Of a DNA stretch of 64,000 nucleotides, positions 16,409 to 30,812 are shown in pieces (positions within the stretch are counted from its first letter, which is position 1; each line of letters starts with the position of its first letter). The stretch spans positions 4,278,001 to 4,342,000 of the forward strand of contig CP075495.1 of the NCBI GenBank assembly GCA_021613535.1, read 5' to 3'. This DNA is from Adineta vaga (taxonomy: Eukaryota > Animalia > Rotifera). Made by a program: the position numbers and the translations under genes. Under the pieces are notes generated by a model. That model searched no databases and was not told the origin of the DNA. It saw only the letters and a program-made list of their open reading frames with translations.

Positions 16409-16885
16409 ATATATCGGAAAAGAAATCAACTATGAACTATAGAAATGATTAAAAACTGTAGTACCTTTTCTTTCTTATATTTATATTTTACAAACATTGA
16501 ACTTTTTTCATCATGGATTCAAATATTTTTACTCTTACAATCTCATTAAAAACATAGCAATCTTTTTTCTTCCTAACATTAGAATGTTTTTTAGACAAAA
16601 GAAGATAATATCGTTATTAAAAGGAAATGAAATTTCATAGCAGTCTACTTCTGAATTTTTCATTTAGTTCTTTACTCTATGAACGTACTTAAAATCATGC
16701 ATATTCAAGTTCCAATCATGACAAATTTAATTGTTTGAAAGTTTTCTGTAATTCAACCAAGCTTGTTAAAAAAAACAGATTTTGTCATACTTAAACAGAG
16801 TCATTTTACTCATAAGTCAGCAGTAATAATAATAATAACAATTTCTTTTAAATGAAAGACAAATTGTTCATTAAATTGTGATATT

Positions 16886-17824
16886 ATGATCAGTGTAGAT
16901 GTTTTCTTTTCAATTGTAACAATAATCTTTATTATATTTACATTGATAACACTTAGTTTTTCATCAATCACTATTTTTACAATACTTTCACATTGGAATT
17001 CACAATTTCGATCAATTACATATCTTTTAATTTGTAATTCTTGTTTTACTCTTCTTTATTATACTGTAACAGTCATTATTCAAATATTATTTCTTTCAAA
17101 AACAAATTATCCTTCATTTTTTTGTCAATTTCGTGCTGCACTTTATTTTAGTTCATGTGTAAGTTCAGCTTTATCATATCTTATTCAAGCTATTTCACGT
17201 TATTTTATTACAATTCTATATAAACATCGAATACTTCTTACATTTCATATTAATTCAGTGTTAATCATTCTTAGTTGGATAATTAGTTTCATATTACCTG
17301 CATTAATGTTCATTTCACCTGTAGCCTATCAATACGAATACGAATCTCGAATGTGTATATTAACGACGAAAGTTTTTCATACATCATTTCCTGCAGTTAT
17401 CATAGTTTTTGTTATTCCATTGAACATAATTATTATTCTCTACATTTTAATTCTTCGTCAATCATCACAACACAATCACACATTTCCAGATACATTTACA
17501 AGATTACGAATGAAACGAAATCTGAAAGTATTTCGAAATATTCTCATTTCAATTATTATACTCACGATTGGTGGTACACCGTTTTTTCTTTGTATTATTT
17601 TCAATGAAATAGTAGATATTCCATGGCAACTACATTCATTATCATTACTATTCATATCTTTTTCTGCAACACTCAATTCATTGGCACTCTTCTTTATCAA
17701 TAACCCAATACGAAAATTATTTTTCAAAAAAATTAATTGTCAACAAAATGCAAATAGAACTAGAACGATACAGATTGGTCAAGTACTATCAGAATCGATG
17801 CAAATGTCACCTATTCTTGGATAA
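16886..17824 (+). CDS. Orphan class-A GPCR, tandem copy 2 (intronless)
   Basis: Clear paralog of 15488-16408: YLLICN, FCQ, QAISRY, YEYESRMC, GGTPF. Confidence 0.85.
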   Translation: MISVDVFFSIVTIIFIIFTLITLSFSSITIFTILSHWNSQFRSITYLLICNSCFTLLYYTVTVIIQILFLSKTNYPSFFCQFRAALYFSSCVSSALSYLIQAISRYFITILYKHRILLTFHINSVLIILSWIISFILPALMFISPVAYQYEYESRMCILTTKVFHTSFPAVIIVFVIPLNIIIILYILILRQSSQHNHTFPDTFTRLRMKRNLKVFRNILISIIILTIGGTPFFLCIIFNEIVDIPWQLHSLSLLFISFSATLNSLALFFINNPIRKLFFKKINCQQNANRTRTIQIGQVLSESMQMSPILG

Positions 17825-18437
17825 TTGAATACTCATAATCTTATAATGAATGAAATACTGATATTTTATGCATACGTTATCAATGTTTCCTTGAAGTATA
17901 ATATTTGAAATAGGAAAATATGTTATAATACAACTCACTACCCTCAAACATACAAAAATATGCTGTCTTTCGTTCTTTCTTTGTCTGATTTACATAGACT
18001 CACAACTTTTAATAAACTAGTGAAATAAATTTTCGATATATTCACAATGAGATCCATAGATCATCGATAAATATACGTGATTCTAACTAACATCTATGGA
18101 CAATACAATGTATAGAAGAGAGAAATTACATTTTGGTAATTTAAGTTACATCACAATTGAATGTGTTAAGACGCATTATGTCATGTGTATTATCGAGTAG
18201 CAATTACCTGTTTACATCAAATAAATCTTTCTCTCTCAATTACTCTCTATGTATTACGGTTATCTTTTATACAATGCTCACTTGTTTCATTTCTATACAG
18301 TCATTAATATGCGTATCTGATACAGTTATTAACAAAAAAAGAAACAAACTAGCTTGAGGAGAAATCTAAATCGTTTATTTGTTTGTTGATGTGTAAAAGA
18401 GATTAATCTACAAAGTCTTCTAAAGTTCGAAACATAT

Positions 18438-19154
18438 TTAACCCATTAATAATTCCCGTACATAACCACATTTGACAAACTCACTAAATTCTAAAATGCA
18501 ACGAATATTGATTTTCAATGAGCAACAACTTCTTGTTACCTTGAAATGAAATATGATTATTTTGATGAGCAAATGTTTGTCGAAGTGTTTCATAGAGATA
18601 GAAATTCTTTTCTAAATCATTTTGATTACGATTAAATGCTTTTAGTAATTTTAAAAGTGATTGAAATTCTTCTTGATCAATTGTTCCATTCGATTTTTGA
18701 TCAAATAAACGATCATAAGTTGAACGTAAAGTAAAATCATTGATATCTTCAGCATTATTAGCAAAAACAGGAGCAATTAAATCGGTAAATTGTTCAAATT
18801 TCATATTAAGTAGTTCTAAAACAATTGATAAGATTTAAGTTTTAATCTTTGAAAGAATGTCTTTGATTTTTAAAATTATACTTTTAGAACGAATATGTTT
18901 TTGTGCCTCAAGAAATTGTTTTTCAGTCATGCGTAATCGAAAACTTTGACATGGATTAGCTTGAAACCAACAGAATTCAACTGAAATCAAATTCTAAACT
19001 TTCTAAACAATATGTGATATTCTAAAGTCAAACCTTCGACAACTTGTTTACCAATTGTTTTTACATATTTTGAATATTTATTGATCAATTCGGCATTAAA
19101 TAATGGAGTAATTTGTCGTAATTGTTGTTGTTCAGCAAGTATTTCCAAACTCAT
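18438..19154 (-). CDS. Small EF-hand calcium-binding protein (4 exons)
   Basis: EF loop 'LFDQKSNGTIDQEEF' and a second degenerate loop 'FAHQNNHISFQEFSEF' after splicing; ends ELLMG*. Confidence 0.7.
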
Positions 19155-20225
19155 ATTTTTCTTCAAATAATAGTAATGAAAAACAATATTCACAGAATTC
19201 TTCTCTTTCACACCTAGTCCAATGATGAAACTATTGACATAAAATCGTTTAAATGCTCACGTAAATGTGTCATACGATTAGAAAGAAAGAGCGAGAGAGA
19301 AAGAAAAACAGTAAATGTCAAAAAGCCTAATGAATATACGGATAGAATGACTATATTGAAACGGATCTATCGACGTAAGGGACCATTTTTATATTTATCA
19401 AAATGAAACAAAAGAGTCAAACATGCTTATGACGCTACAATGAGAGTAAATATACTTTTATACTTATTTATTGACTTCTCTAGTTCACTAGTCTTTATCC
19501 AGAAGCAAAAAAAAAGTGATGACTTTCTTTCTCCTTTTTGCTTGACTGTCTGAATTTCGTTACATATTGAACGTTCATACTCATTCATGGATGCATATTA
19601 TGTTCAATAGCCTAAATATAAAATCAATCAACATTCTTTTGTTATTAAGAAAAAAGTAATTGAAAAAAAATTGGCTGTCTGAACGGTTGGTAAAATGGCG
19701 AGTATATTTTCTTTTCTCCCTACTACTGTCCTTTTATGTTGCCGTACGTCAGAATACTGAATCGATATTAGATTGAATGAAATAGCTTTGAACGATTATT
19801 GATATACATTCGTTGTTATGAATGAAGTGCATCATTTATAATTCTCATGCCTCTCAATTGGAAATGTTTTATATTCATGTGGTAATATCATACTTCAGTT
19901 ATGTAGATATAGAATAATATGAAAAGCATTTCAAGCTCATATTTTATCAACTGTCTCATTATACACTATAATAAATGAATATAATTATATATAGACACAA
20001 AATAATGTCTAGTTTAGAATTCACTCAACTTCAGATGTTATTTTATCTTTCATCGTTGATGAATAAGAAGTCAAACAAACGAATTTTATTCTTAGCTTCT
20101 TTGTTGTTGAATTTTTCATACAAACAACAACAACAACAAGAACAACAACAACAAGGACAACAAATAAGCACAGGAGAAAAACAAAGAAGAAAAAAACGAG
20201 CACACATATAAAGAGAAATGTTTAT

Positions 20226-21152
20226 TCATTTGGATTCACTTGAACTTGATCGTGAATATCGACGTTCTTTTTTCTTGGGTGATTCAGCAGTATTTCCACT
20301 TGCACCTGCACGTCGACTAGATGCTGGTGGTGATTGTCCACGTCGATAATTTCTTGATGGTGGTGAATATCCACCTCGTCGATCATTGTATCTACCACGA
20401 TCACGATCTCGGTCACGATCGCCTCCTCCTCGTCGTGATGACGGATAATGACGTGATGGTGGTGGCAATGGCGAACGTCGACGTCTTCCATATGGTGATC
20501 GTTCTCGACGATTTCTATCCGAAGATAAATGTGATGGTTGTCCATGAACAAGAACGCAAACAATTTCTTTTCCATCTATTTGTCCACCTTCCATATATTT
20601 ACATGCTTGTTCAGCACCATTTGCTGTCACATATTCAACATGAGCGTAACCACGATGAAGATGCGAATGAATACGATGTGATGGTAATTCAATCTCTTTG
20701 ATTTCGCCAAATGTTCCGAAAATCTCTGTTAAATGATCTTTATTAACATTGAAAGATAATTTACCAATATAAATTTTTGTTGCTTCTTTTTCTTGTCGAT
20801 GTGATGACGGACTAGCACTATGACTGCGACGTGTTTGATTATTTGATTGAGTATTCTTTTTACCATCGGTTATATCTCGTTCTACGGATTTTTTATTCGA
20901 TGCTTTGTTATTATTATTAACTTTTGTCGAACTATCTTTTTTCTTTTCTGGTGATGATGCAGCTGATGATGAACGACTAGTCGATGATGATGAATTCGAC
21001 GAAGATGATGAAGATGAACGACTCGATGCTGATGAAGAACTTGTTGAACCTGATGAACTAGAACCACTGGAGCTTGAACGTGATGCACGTTTGCGTTTTG
21101 TTTTCGATGGTGATTCTTTTGAATTTTTTATCGTATCCGTTTCAACTGTCAT
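20226..21152 (-). CDS. RNPS1: RNA-binding protein with serine-rich domain 1 (EJC/ASAP component)
   Basis: Ser-rich N-terminus, RRM 'KIYIGKLSFNVNKDHLTEIF...RGYAHVEY...KYMEGGQIDG', RS/P-rich C-terminus. Confidence 0.92.
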   Translation of the reverse strand: MTVETDTIKNSKESPSKTKRKRASRSSSSGSSSSGSTSSSSASSRSSSSSSSNSSSSTSRSSSAASSPEKKKDSSTKVNNNNKASNKKSVERDITDGKKNTQSNNQTRRSHSASPSSHRQEKEATKIYIGKLSFNVNKDHLTEIFGTFGEIKEIELPSHRIHSHLHRGYAHVEYVTANGAEQACKYMEGGQIDGKEIVCVLVHGQPSHLSSDRNRRERSPYGRRRRSPLPPPSRHYPSSRRGGGDRDRDRDRGRYNDRRGGYSPPSRNYRRGQSPPASSRRAGASGNTAESPKKKERRYSRSSSSESK

Positions 21153-21895
21153 TCTTCCTAAATAGAATTCAAAGCATGATATTTACAAAGAAAAAGAAAT
21201 ATGTATTCATCTGTACTTTTTCAGTTAATTAAAACTAGAACAATTATCTGGAATGATAAATAAGATTTGGATTAGTAATGAATATAATTTTTACGAAATG
21301 TTAGATAGTTGAGAAAGGGTGTTGACTATATGCGCATTATAGCAACGACCATCTTTGTGTAGATGAAGGTTTTTAATAGCCAATAAAATTTGGAATGCAA
21401 ACCTCTTTAGTTTGAAATATATAAAAATGAATAGAATTCGAAAATAAAAAAAACAAAATTGAGTAATAAAACAGAATTAAAAGAAAGCATTATAATGTAT
21501 ATAGATGTCGCTAGAAAGAGAATGATATGAAAAACTAAATATTTTCTGACGTCTATTCTATTCTATTAAATCTTTATAAATAGAGATTACATTACAATTT
21601 ACAAATTTACATTTTCTTATATTTAATAAATATAAAGCAATAAAGAAACAAATGTGATAAGGCTAAAACAAAAATATTCGAATCGAATCGACATTATTTT
21701 TACCCGCATGGCAGGCAGCAGCAGCAGCAGAGAATGTCACCCTCGAGAAAAAGTATTTTATTTCATACGTTTCGAAACAAAGTTTACTCGAGTGCTGTTA
21801 ACCATGCATTGAAGTTATTTTTCCATATGGCATGAAATGTCTCTTGTCATATTTAAAAAAAAAGATTATTATTTGCACCAATTATTGTTTACAGT

Positions 21896-23376
21896 CTATC
21901 GAGTCGCTTTTCGTTTATTTGAACCTGTCGTTTGAACCACAGTATACGTATCATTATCATCTTCATTGTCAACTTCAGTTTGATTTTGAAAACTATGATT
22001 ACATCTTGGACAAGTAACTGCTCTTCGTTTGTAACTTTCTGGTTGAGCTTCTACAAAAAAAAACAGGAAACAAAAGACAGAACTGATGAAATGGAATACT
22101 ATTTTTTTACGTTACCAGTTAGTACTGACGAATAAACTGTTGTGTTCCACTCAGGAATACAAGATTGTCTATCTGAACTTATTGAACAAAATGTGATTGC
22201 TAACTGTGATTTTTCTAATTGATATTTTTGAATTAATTGTTTAGGATTTAATCTAACATATTTTTGAACGTCTGTTTTACTTGGATTGTCGATAGCATCT
22301 CGATATGGTTGAAATGGTATTAATGGTTGAAGTGATTTTAATGCATCTTGTTTTGATTTAATCAAAACCAAATATAATCTAAAATGTAATTATTTATATG
22401 TAAAAATATTTGTTAAGAAAGAAAAATTTATTTATTTACTTCATTTTGCCAAATTGATCACCCTTGACATCGAGAAATAATGGATTGCAATCTGGTATAT
22501 CTCCTCGTTCATTATCTTGTTGAAACATATATGGCATCAGATAACGATTACCAAATTCATCAGGTATGGTTAACCAATCGATTCGAAGAATACCGGGGAC
22601 ATTCACTGGAACCTAAGAAATTATTTAAATAGTTTAGAAGATTGATTTAGATTTCTATAATACCTGAACTGTCACAAAATGATTGCCTAATGCGTCCATT
22701 ATATATCGTGGTTTTCGTTTTCTTCCATTCTGAGCGAAATAATCACTTTTATAACGTGCTCGAAAGCATTCTTCTAAGTCATGAACGATAGCAATTGCAT
22801 GGGATTGTTCTTTCATATTTATTTGTGGTTGACCAACATCAACACATTGTGATAATAGTATTTGAACAGGACTTGATTGATGTTTTTTCTCTTTTACTAA
22901 ATAAAATGATCAAAAGTAAAATAATCATATGTTTTATTGACTCAATCACTTACTGGTATAATTTACAGGAAAATTATCCATCAATGCATGGTACTGATCT
23001 TGATCGACACAGGGATCTGAATATAGGAAACTGATTTTAAAAAAAATATTGATTTTTCACCATTTTTTACTTTGTTCATTCATTATATCAACATATGAAT
23101 GCGACTCAATTAACTCTTCAGATTGAATATATGAATCTACATAGATAGAAATTGGATCGTATTTTACTTCGTGCAATATGGTGTGGTATGCTTACCAAAT
23201 AATACATCTATGTCATCTAAATTGTCAGTTCCAAGACCAACTGGATTCGTGTTTATTCCTAGATCACTCAAGCCTAGTTCTGCTAAAACGTCAGCCTCAG
23301 TTATTGGGTGCGCAGTAAAACCACTAAATGCTTCTTCAGATACACGATCTAGAGGATGATAATTTTGATCAGCCAT
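21896..23376 (-). CDS. R1: divergent Rel-homology-domain protein, subfamily A (acidic N-term, RHD-N, CxxC, NLS; no IPT)
   Basis: Spliced exons give IAIVHDLEECFRARYKSDYFAQNGRKRKPRY...FVTVQ|VP...RIDWLT...YLMPY...YQLEKSQLAITFC...VTCPRCNHSF...NKRKATR*. Confidence 0.75.
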
Positions 23377-24202
23377 CAATTGAATAATTTATTCGATGTA
23401 CTTTTTATTTATAGATAACTAATATGCAGGAACAAATATCGATGATGAAGTATCAAAGTAAGTCTTTCTCACTTATGTTTTATTTAAAATAACTGATAGT
23501 ATGCATGGGATTCTTGTTGCAGTATTTATAAACGGGAAAAAACCAATTTTTTGTAGGTTTTTTCCACACGTATTTACTTCGGAAGAAACAGAACGAGAAA
23601 AAATGCATCGGATGACTAAGCGATGATGACGATGTGCCGTTCGCCGAAATGTAATGCAACATATTTCGACCAGTGTGAAAAAAAAATATATAAACTGAGT
23701 ACTATTTGATAAAGAAAAATGTCAGGATCATGATTGAACAGTATCATTATTCACTATTAAAACATTGTTGTTTTCATCATATATGTTACACGAGTCAGAA
23801 CAAAATAAGTGTAACTTAGGGTTATAGAAAAAATTAAAAACGGAGGTAATATTTTCATCAGTATTTCATCACTATTCGGTTGAAGTATATCAAACGAGAT
23901 TTCTTTTATCACTGTTTGAGTATACCATTGTTTCATCATTCGATACGATAACAACATCATTTTTATGATTTAGATACATGCAAGAATGTTATCTTTTCTC
24001 TCAAGATTTATTTATAATAAAAAATGAAAAAAGTTTGTTACATTGTCGAATTAAAATAAACTGAAAATAAATATAATGAACAGAAGAACTGTCATTACTA
24101 CATGTTTTTTTGGCTAAAATAGAAAAAAATCATGGATATTTATAAAATAACAATGTACACAAAAATGTAATCCTACTTTTTTTTCTTTTTTTTCACGACG
24201 AA

Positions 24203-25632
24203 TTATTTTTTTCGTTTTTTCACCACTTTTTCATGTCCAATATCATCTGTTGAATCTTGTTTTGGTTCAAACGAATGCGAACACTTTGGACAAGTAACTG
24301 ATCGTTTTTTCGAAGCGTTAGACGGTTCCTCTGAAAAATATTTAGAAAAAGAGAACATAAAGAAACATTTTGATTTATTTCTTACCAGTCATCACTGTCG
24401 AATAGACCGTTGTATTCCATGCGGGCCTGTACGATTTCCTATCTGGACCCAACGAGCACAATGTAAATGCTAGTTGTGATTTATCCAAATCATAATACTC
24501 AATTAATTGTTTTGGCGGCATTTTAGGAATTTGTAAAAAGTTTGAAGATTGCTCGACTGGTGGAAATGGTTGCAGTGGTTGAGCAGATATCACTTCACTC
24601 TGTTTTGGTTTAATCAAAACCACTTGTAATCTATATGAGAAAACAAAAGAATAGCATGCACATCAAAATGTAATTGAAAGATGTAATTTACCTTATAAAG
24701 CCTAAATCATCAGCTTCGATTTCTTTTACAATAGGATTACGATCTTCTACAGCATTTGATTTATTGTTCTCCTGAAATTTACCGGGCATCGAAAATCGAA
24801 TATTTCCAAATTTTTCGATTGTCACCCAATCGATCCGTAGAAGAATTTTAGCACTGGGTGCAACCTATTGATTATAAACATATGATTATGAATTAAAGAA
24901 AAATTACACGTTGTAAATATTACTTTCAGTGTAACGAAATGATTTTCATATTCATCAGAGACATATCGTGGAGGATGCACATTTCCATTTGACGAAAAAT
25001 AATCACTTTTATATCGTGGCTTATAAGTTGGTTCTAATTTATTGACAACTTGAATTTCGCACGATGAAGTTTTCGATTGTGTCACTGTTTTGGTCTTGAC
25101 GGAATTTGAAAGTGGAACACCGGTAGATTGCGATGCTACTTGTTCACTTTGAACTAGAATCATATTAAGTATCTCGATTAGATAGAAAACATATATATAT
25201 ATATAAAGCATTCTTACCAGCAAGTTGACCGGTCCAATATGAATTAGTATCATCAATAAGTTGCTGATTAATATAATTATTACCATCATCTATTTCGGAA
25301 AAAAAATGAAAACAAGAAACACTTTATTCATATACTCTTTACCATTCGATTCAGTCGATGCAGGAAGGTATTGATCGAATTCGCTTTTGTCAAAACCACC
25401 ATCTGGAAGACCTATAAATAGAAGAAAAAATGGCTCTGGAATTCAAGAGCAAATATTTATTTCATATCTTACCAATAAAAGTAATCAAATCTCGCAAATT
25501 GAGATTATTCGTGAAAGAATCATCACTCGTTGTATTCAATCCTATTTCACTCACTGCAATTAATTCTTGAATTTCATCACCAACTGGATTAGTTCGAAGG
25601 AATTCTTCTACTGATATCACTTCCATTGTCAT
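24203..25632 (-). CDS. R2: divergent RHD protein, subfamily A
   Basis: IQVVNKLEPTYKPRYKSDYFSSNGNVHPPRY...FVTLK; YDLDKSQLAFTLC; VTCPKCSHSF; ends VVKKRKK*. Paralog of R1. Confidence 0.75.
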
Positions 25633-26485
25633 ATTGATCAGTATAAAAATAAAAAATAATCTAAAAGAAACTCTTTCAATATATATATACTAATGAAAGT
25701 AATGATGCTATTGCGTATATTTAAAAAAAAACACTTGTTTTTCCCTACTCACTGCTTCACTACGAAGAGCTTAGTCATAACAGAAGAAGAACAAGAAAAA
25801 AATAGTTGAAGTAAAAGAATCGTGATATACTTCATTTAACTTATCTCAGATTTTTGAAATACTTATTAATACTAATGTCATTCATATTATGAATGATTGA
25901 TAATATCTGATTAAATGCTTAAGAATATATACTTTTCATAACCGACTCGTAAAACTCCAACTGGATGATTCACAAAATAAGCACTGTTTACACTATAGAG
26001 AATAATTTACCCATTAGTAGTTGTAGACATTCTTTTTCTTTACTTTTTTCTATTGATTTCATTCTAACATTACTTATGTAATAAAAGTAGTTTCGTTGTA
26101 GAAAAGAATGACGGCGAACTGTGAGTTATTGCGTTTTCTTTCAATGATATCTTACGAAATGATTCGATATTAATAAGAACTATTAGCATTATTTTTATTG
26201 CCCCTTCTTTTCGTCTGTGCATAGAAATGTCATCATATTAGAAAAAATGAAGTAAATGGATGTTGCTTTTTAAGTTGATTATTTATTACTTTTTATTTAA
26301 TAAGTAGTTGTAGAGAATATGATTAAATAGTTGGAAAAAAGAGAAAGCAATATCAAAAAGAGACAACGATGATATAACGTTGAAGGTCAATAAAGTGATA
26401 ATCGGATGTGTATATGTATACAGTATATGTGGACGAAGACAACGAAAGCTATTGGCATGAATCAATAATAGTAGAAATCTTTTTT

Positions 26486-28437
26486 TTAAGTACTTTTTTT
26501 CTTTTTATTCGTTTGGTTGTTTGTTTTCGCCTAGAAATATTTCAAAAAATAGAACTTTTTAAACGAAAAAAAAAGTCGTTTTGATATACTTTTGTAACGA
26601 TTCGGGATGACTGATTTGATGTTTTCCGTTTAGTCCCCTTTTCTGTAGCGGAAATATTATTTGGATCAAAACAATGTTGACAATTTGGACAGCTGATTGT
26701 CTTAACTGAAATCGTCGTTGCTGGAACTAAAAATTAAAAAAACAAAGGGTTTATCTTTAAATAATAAAGAAACAATTATCTATACTTGATTTCGTATTTG
26801 ATACAGCTGATGATTTAGTTGGTATTTCAGTAATTACAGATGAAATAATCGTTGTTTCTGAATGAATATCAAACGAACCATCTGGTAATTTTGTACATAA
26901 TGTAAACGCTATATGTGATTTATCGAGTTGATGTTTGTTAATTAAATCTTTTGATGGTAATTTTTCATCACTGATAATATCTATATAAAAAAAACAAGAA
27001 TAGATTTGTATCTGAAAACAAACGTTCTTTTACTCTGTATAGAACCAACTGTATCGGAAAAAGGTTTTAATGGCTGAGCATCATAAAGTTGATCTAATTT
27101 TGATTTAATTAACACGAGCAGAAGTCTGAAAGAAATTAATTAGAACGATTGAATTCTTTGTCGAAGTATTTTAAAGTAAAAATTTACTTCATTGAATCAC
27201 ATCCTTCGGATATTTGAACAGGTAAATAAATCGGATTTTGATCAGGAACTTTTATATCATCATGATTCGTTTGAAATTTATATGGACTATAATAATGTTT
27301 GTGATCATCGGTCGCTATGGTAAGTAATGCAACACGAATATATTTATTTTTTAAATCACGACTATATCCGATTGGTATCTACAATGAAGATTTATCATTA
27401 CAATATTTGAAGTTCAATATTTTCGTACTTTTAACGTAACGAAATGATTTCCATGATCATCGGCAACATAACGTGGTCGACGAACATTACCATTCTGTGG
27501 AAAATAATCACTTTTATATCGTGCTCTATATGTTGTTTCTAATGGAAAATGAAGTTGTAATTGATTACGTGTGGAATCTGTTACTGCTACAGACTGCGAT
27601 AATAATATAGACTGATCCGATGGTCCTTTTGCTGCTAGAAAAATGACACAAATAAATTCTCTAAAATGATTTCAAATCTCTTTTTGTTTTTAGGACAAAC
27701 ATTTTTCAACATGTGAACGAAGAACGGGTAATACAGAATTACTTGTTTTAATCATTACTGAGCATTCTTCAGAACTTTGAATCACTAAAAATAAATTAAT
27801 CAAATCAATCGTAGAAATTTATATACATTTGAAATTTTACGTTTAGTCATATCATTCGACTCCGTTGAATTGAATGAATTACCATCATCATTAAAACAAC
27901 CGAACAAAGGATTCGTTACTGAAGAAAAATGAACGATTAATTCTTATCCAATCGTATATCTAATACTTACTAGAAAATGACTCCGTGTCTCTTAAACATT
28001 CAAGTAAATCATTAAACGATTGACTTGAATCCGATATCATATTGTAGTCTAAAGAAAAATTATACAGATGAATTTCATATTTTTCTACGGTATATTTATT
28101 AACCTGTCACATTAATTTCACGGAATGCATCCGCATTATCAAAATCATAGTGACCAGGTGAACCTATATGATATAAATATTAAATGATTTAATTAGAATT
28201 TGTTTTATTTATATACGAATTTCTGCACTTGGTAGTGACGCCTGTATGGAACCTTTGATAAAAGAAGAAAAAACAAATACGAATTCATAAATAATCAAAT
28301 AAATTAATGTGATACGTACAAATTGAAAAAAGGAAGTCGGAATTATCCATCGAAAGATAATTATTTTCAATATCTAAAATAAATTCTCCATGAAAATTTA
28401 TCTACAAAATACATTCATACTCACTCTGTTCTGCCAT
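26486..28437 (-). CDS. R3: divergent RHD protein, subfamily A (many micro-exons; essentially absent from the ORF track)
   Basis: LQLHFPLETTYRARYKSDYFPQNGNVRRPRYVADDHGNHFVTLK (about 27430-27570); HYYSPYKFQ; HQLDKSHIAFTLC; ISCPNCQHCF...TKRK. Both ends approximate. Confidence 0.75.
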
Positions 28438-29267
28438 GCTTTAATTTCTATTAGAAAATAATGGAGTGAACAAAATCATGTCGTACACCACGATTAGTGG
28501 TGACGATTAACAAAAAAATAATTTATATATCTGAAGAAATCAAAAGAAGTAAGGTCAATTCAATTCACCACGCGCTGAATTTTTACTCCGCAATAAGATC
28601 ATATTGTATATATTTACAAATGGTACTTGTTTTTTTCTTACAGCATGCATTGAAAAAAAAACAGAACACATTCATTTTATTATGAGTGTTTCTTTTTTTC
28701 TCTTATTCTGTTCTTGGTTTTTTCCCACCAATACTCTTATCCTACTGTTCTTCGCTTGATTCTTCTTGTGTTTTTCTCTTTCTACAAGGTTATTTTGTTT
28801 TATGATATTCTCTATCTATGACTCAAATGTAACATTGACGTCACCATGTTGGCATTATAAAAGAAAAAGCGAATTACAAATCAAATCAAATATTGAGAAC
28901 GAAAAGAGATATATTTATGATTTATTTGAGGTGAAAATAAAAAAGAAATAAGACATATGATTGGAAATAAATAGTGAATGAAAAAAATACAAGAAGAAAA
29001 ATATGATGAGTAACGTGTACCTGATAAGATGAAGAATATACGCTACTGCGAATAAGGCCCTTCTGCAACGATAATTACGAACTATCGATGTACGATTTTT
29101 TGAATTGTTTTGTTTTCTGACTCGAAGTATGAGTAGTCTAAAATGAAATGAACTATTAATTATGAGTATAAAGTACTTTTGTATTATTCATTGATAGATA
29201 AAGTTTCTCATCTCTATCGAATGATACTTTCTTTTCTACTAATGTAAATATGAGTATACGTAAGAGC

Positions 29268-30812
29268 TTATACCGATGATCTAGTTTTCTTTAATGGACG
29301 AGTCATTGGCGTATTTATGCTGTCCACGTCTTCATCAGATTTCTGATCATTTGGCGAAACTTTTCGTTTGACATCTTTTATTGATGTTTTTTCTAAAAAA
29401 TGAGATATACTCATTGATATAGATTGATGTATATATATACATATATATCATTATTTTTCTGTACTTACGTTCACCAATAAGATTCGTTTCACATTTAATA
29501 TCTAAAATATGAAATGTATTCTCTTGTTTGACGGCTAATTGAAAGATAATTTTATAACAATTTAAATCATAATCATTGGTAAATTGTTTTCCTTTGGCTG
29601 TTTTACTAATACGTTCTTCATTGGGTATTGTATCTAAAGCGAAGAAAACAAAAGTGATATTTTAAGTAGAAATAATAGATATACATTTTTCTGTCATTCG
29701 TTCGTAGATTGATGTATCAAATGATGTTAAATTGAACGTATATTGATCAAATTTTTGACAAATAATAGATAAACGAGGAAATCTAATCCAGAAAAAGAAT
29801 TTTTGTTCGATTCAACATCATGTAAATTCTCATGATACTCACGATTTTTCACACATTTCAATATCTGATTGAGTTAATGGAACAAAAATGCTTCCATGAT
29901 CTAATTCAATGGCATCAGCTGTACGATATTTGATATCATTTACATGTACAAATGTTTTATGACTTGGATTGTTTGTTGAAGTTACCATAGTAATAACAAT
30001 ACCAAAGGTTGCATTTCTAATCATTGATGCAGCTGTTAAATCCGGTAACTATTTATAAAATTTAAGATAAAATCAAAGTGAGAAACTAAGTTTAGCACTA
30101 ACCTGAATAGTTACGGGATGCTTTTTCGAATCTGGTAAAAATCTTGCACCATCACTTGCATAACGTATACGTTGATCAGGTTTAGGTTGTTCCTTAACGA
30201 TCATCATACCATCTATAGTCACATCAACGTCGAGTTTTGTTGTTGTTTCATTATTATGATTAGACGATATAATCTAATATAACATAAAAAAGTATTTTTT
30301 TTGTGAGATGATAGATAACGTACTATTTCTTCTTGTAAAGTATAATTCAAATTCTGACTGAATTCATTTTCTACTAAATGTTGATTCGTCATAATATCAT
30401 CATTTTCTATTCATACATTTATGATAATATTCAAAATCAACTTTAGATATATCAGAACTGATTTACCTAGGATAGAATCTAATTCTAAAGAAATGAGAAA
30501 ATATTTCATTGAAAATACTTAATTCAAAACATACGTGAATGTGTATTCAGAGATTCTTCGAATATCAATGGTATATCGAAACTGAGATCAGTCAATATAT
30601 TTGATTCGAGACCTTGATAATTTTCATCAACAAATTGTGTAAAGTTATTCGACATATCTTCCTCTTGAAGTAATTCTTTTGTATAGAATAGAAAATCGCC
30701 ATCTGTATTTATTTGATCGACTAGAATTCATGAGAAGTAAAAATTCAGAATAACCTTGAATTTATATTCATTTTAATCTTTTTAACATACATGCATCCAT
30801 TTCTGACAACAT
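29268..30812 (-). CDS. R4: divergent RHD protein, subfamily B (RHD-N only)
   Basis: GMMIVKEQPKPDQRIRYASDGARFLPDSKKHPVTIQ (about 30103-30210); FVHVNDI; FPRLSIICQK; YDLNCYKIIFQLAV; tail KRKVS...RPLKKTRSSV*. Confidence 0.78.

Noticed and set aside
20222-21165. Several overlapping His/Asp/Val-rich ORFs
   Set aside because: Alternative frames or antisense of low-complexity RNPS1.
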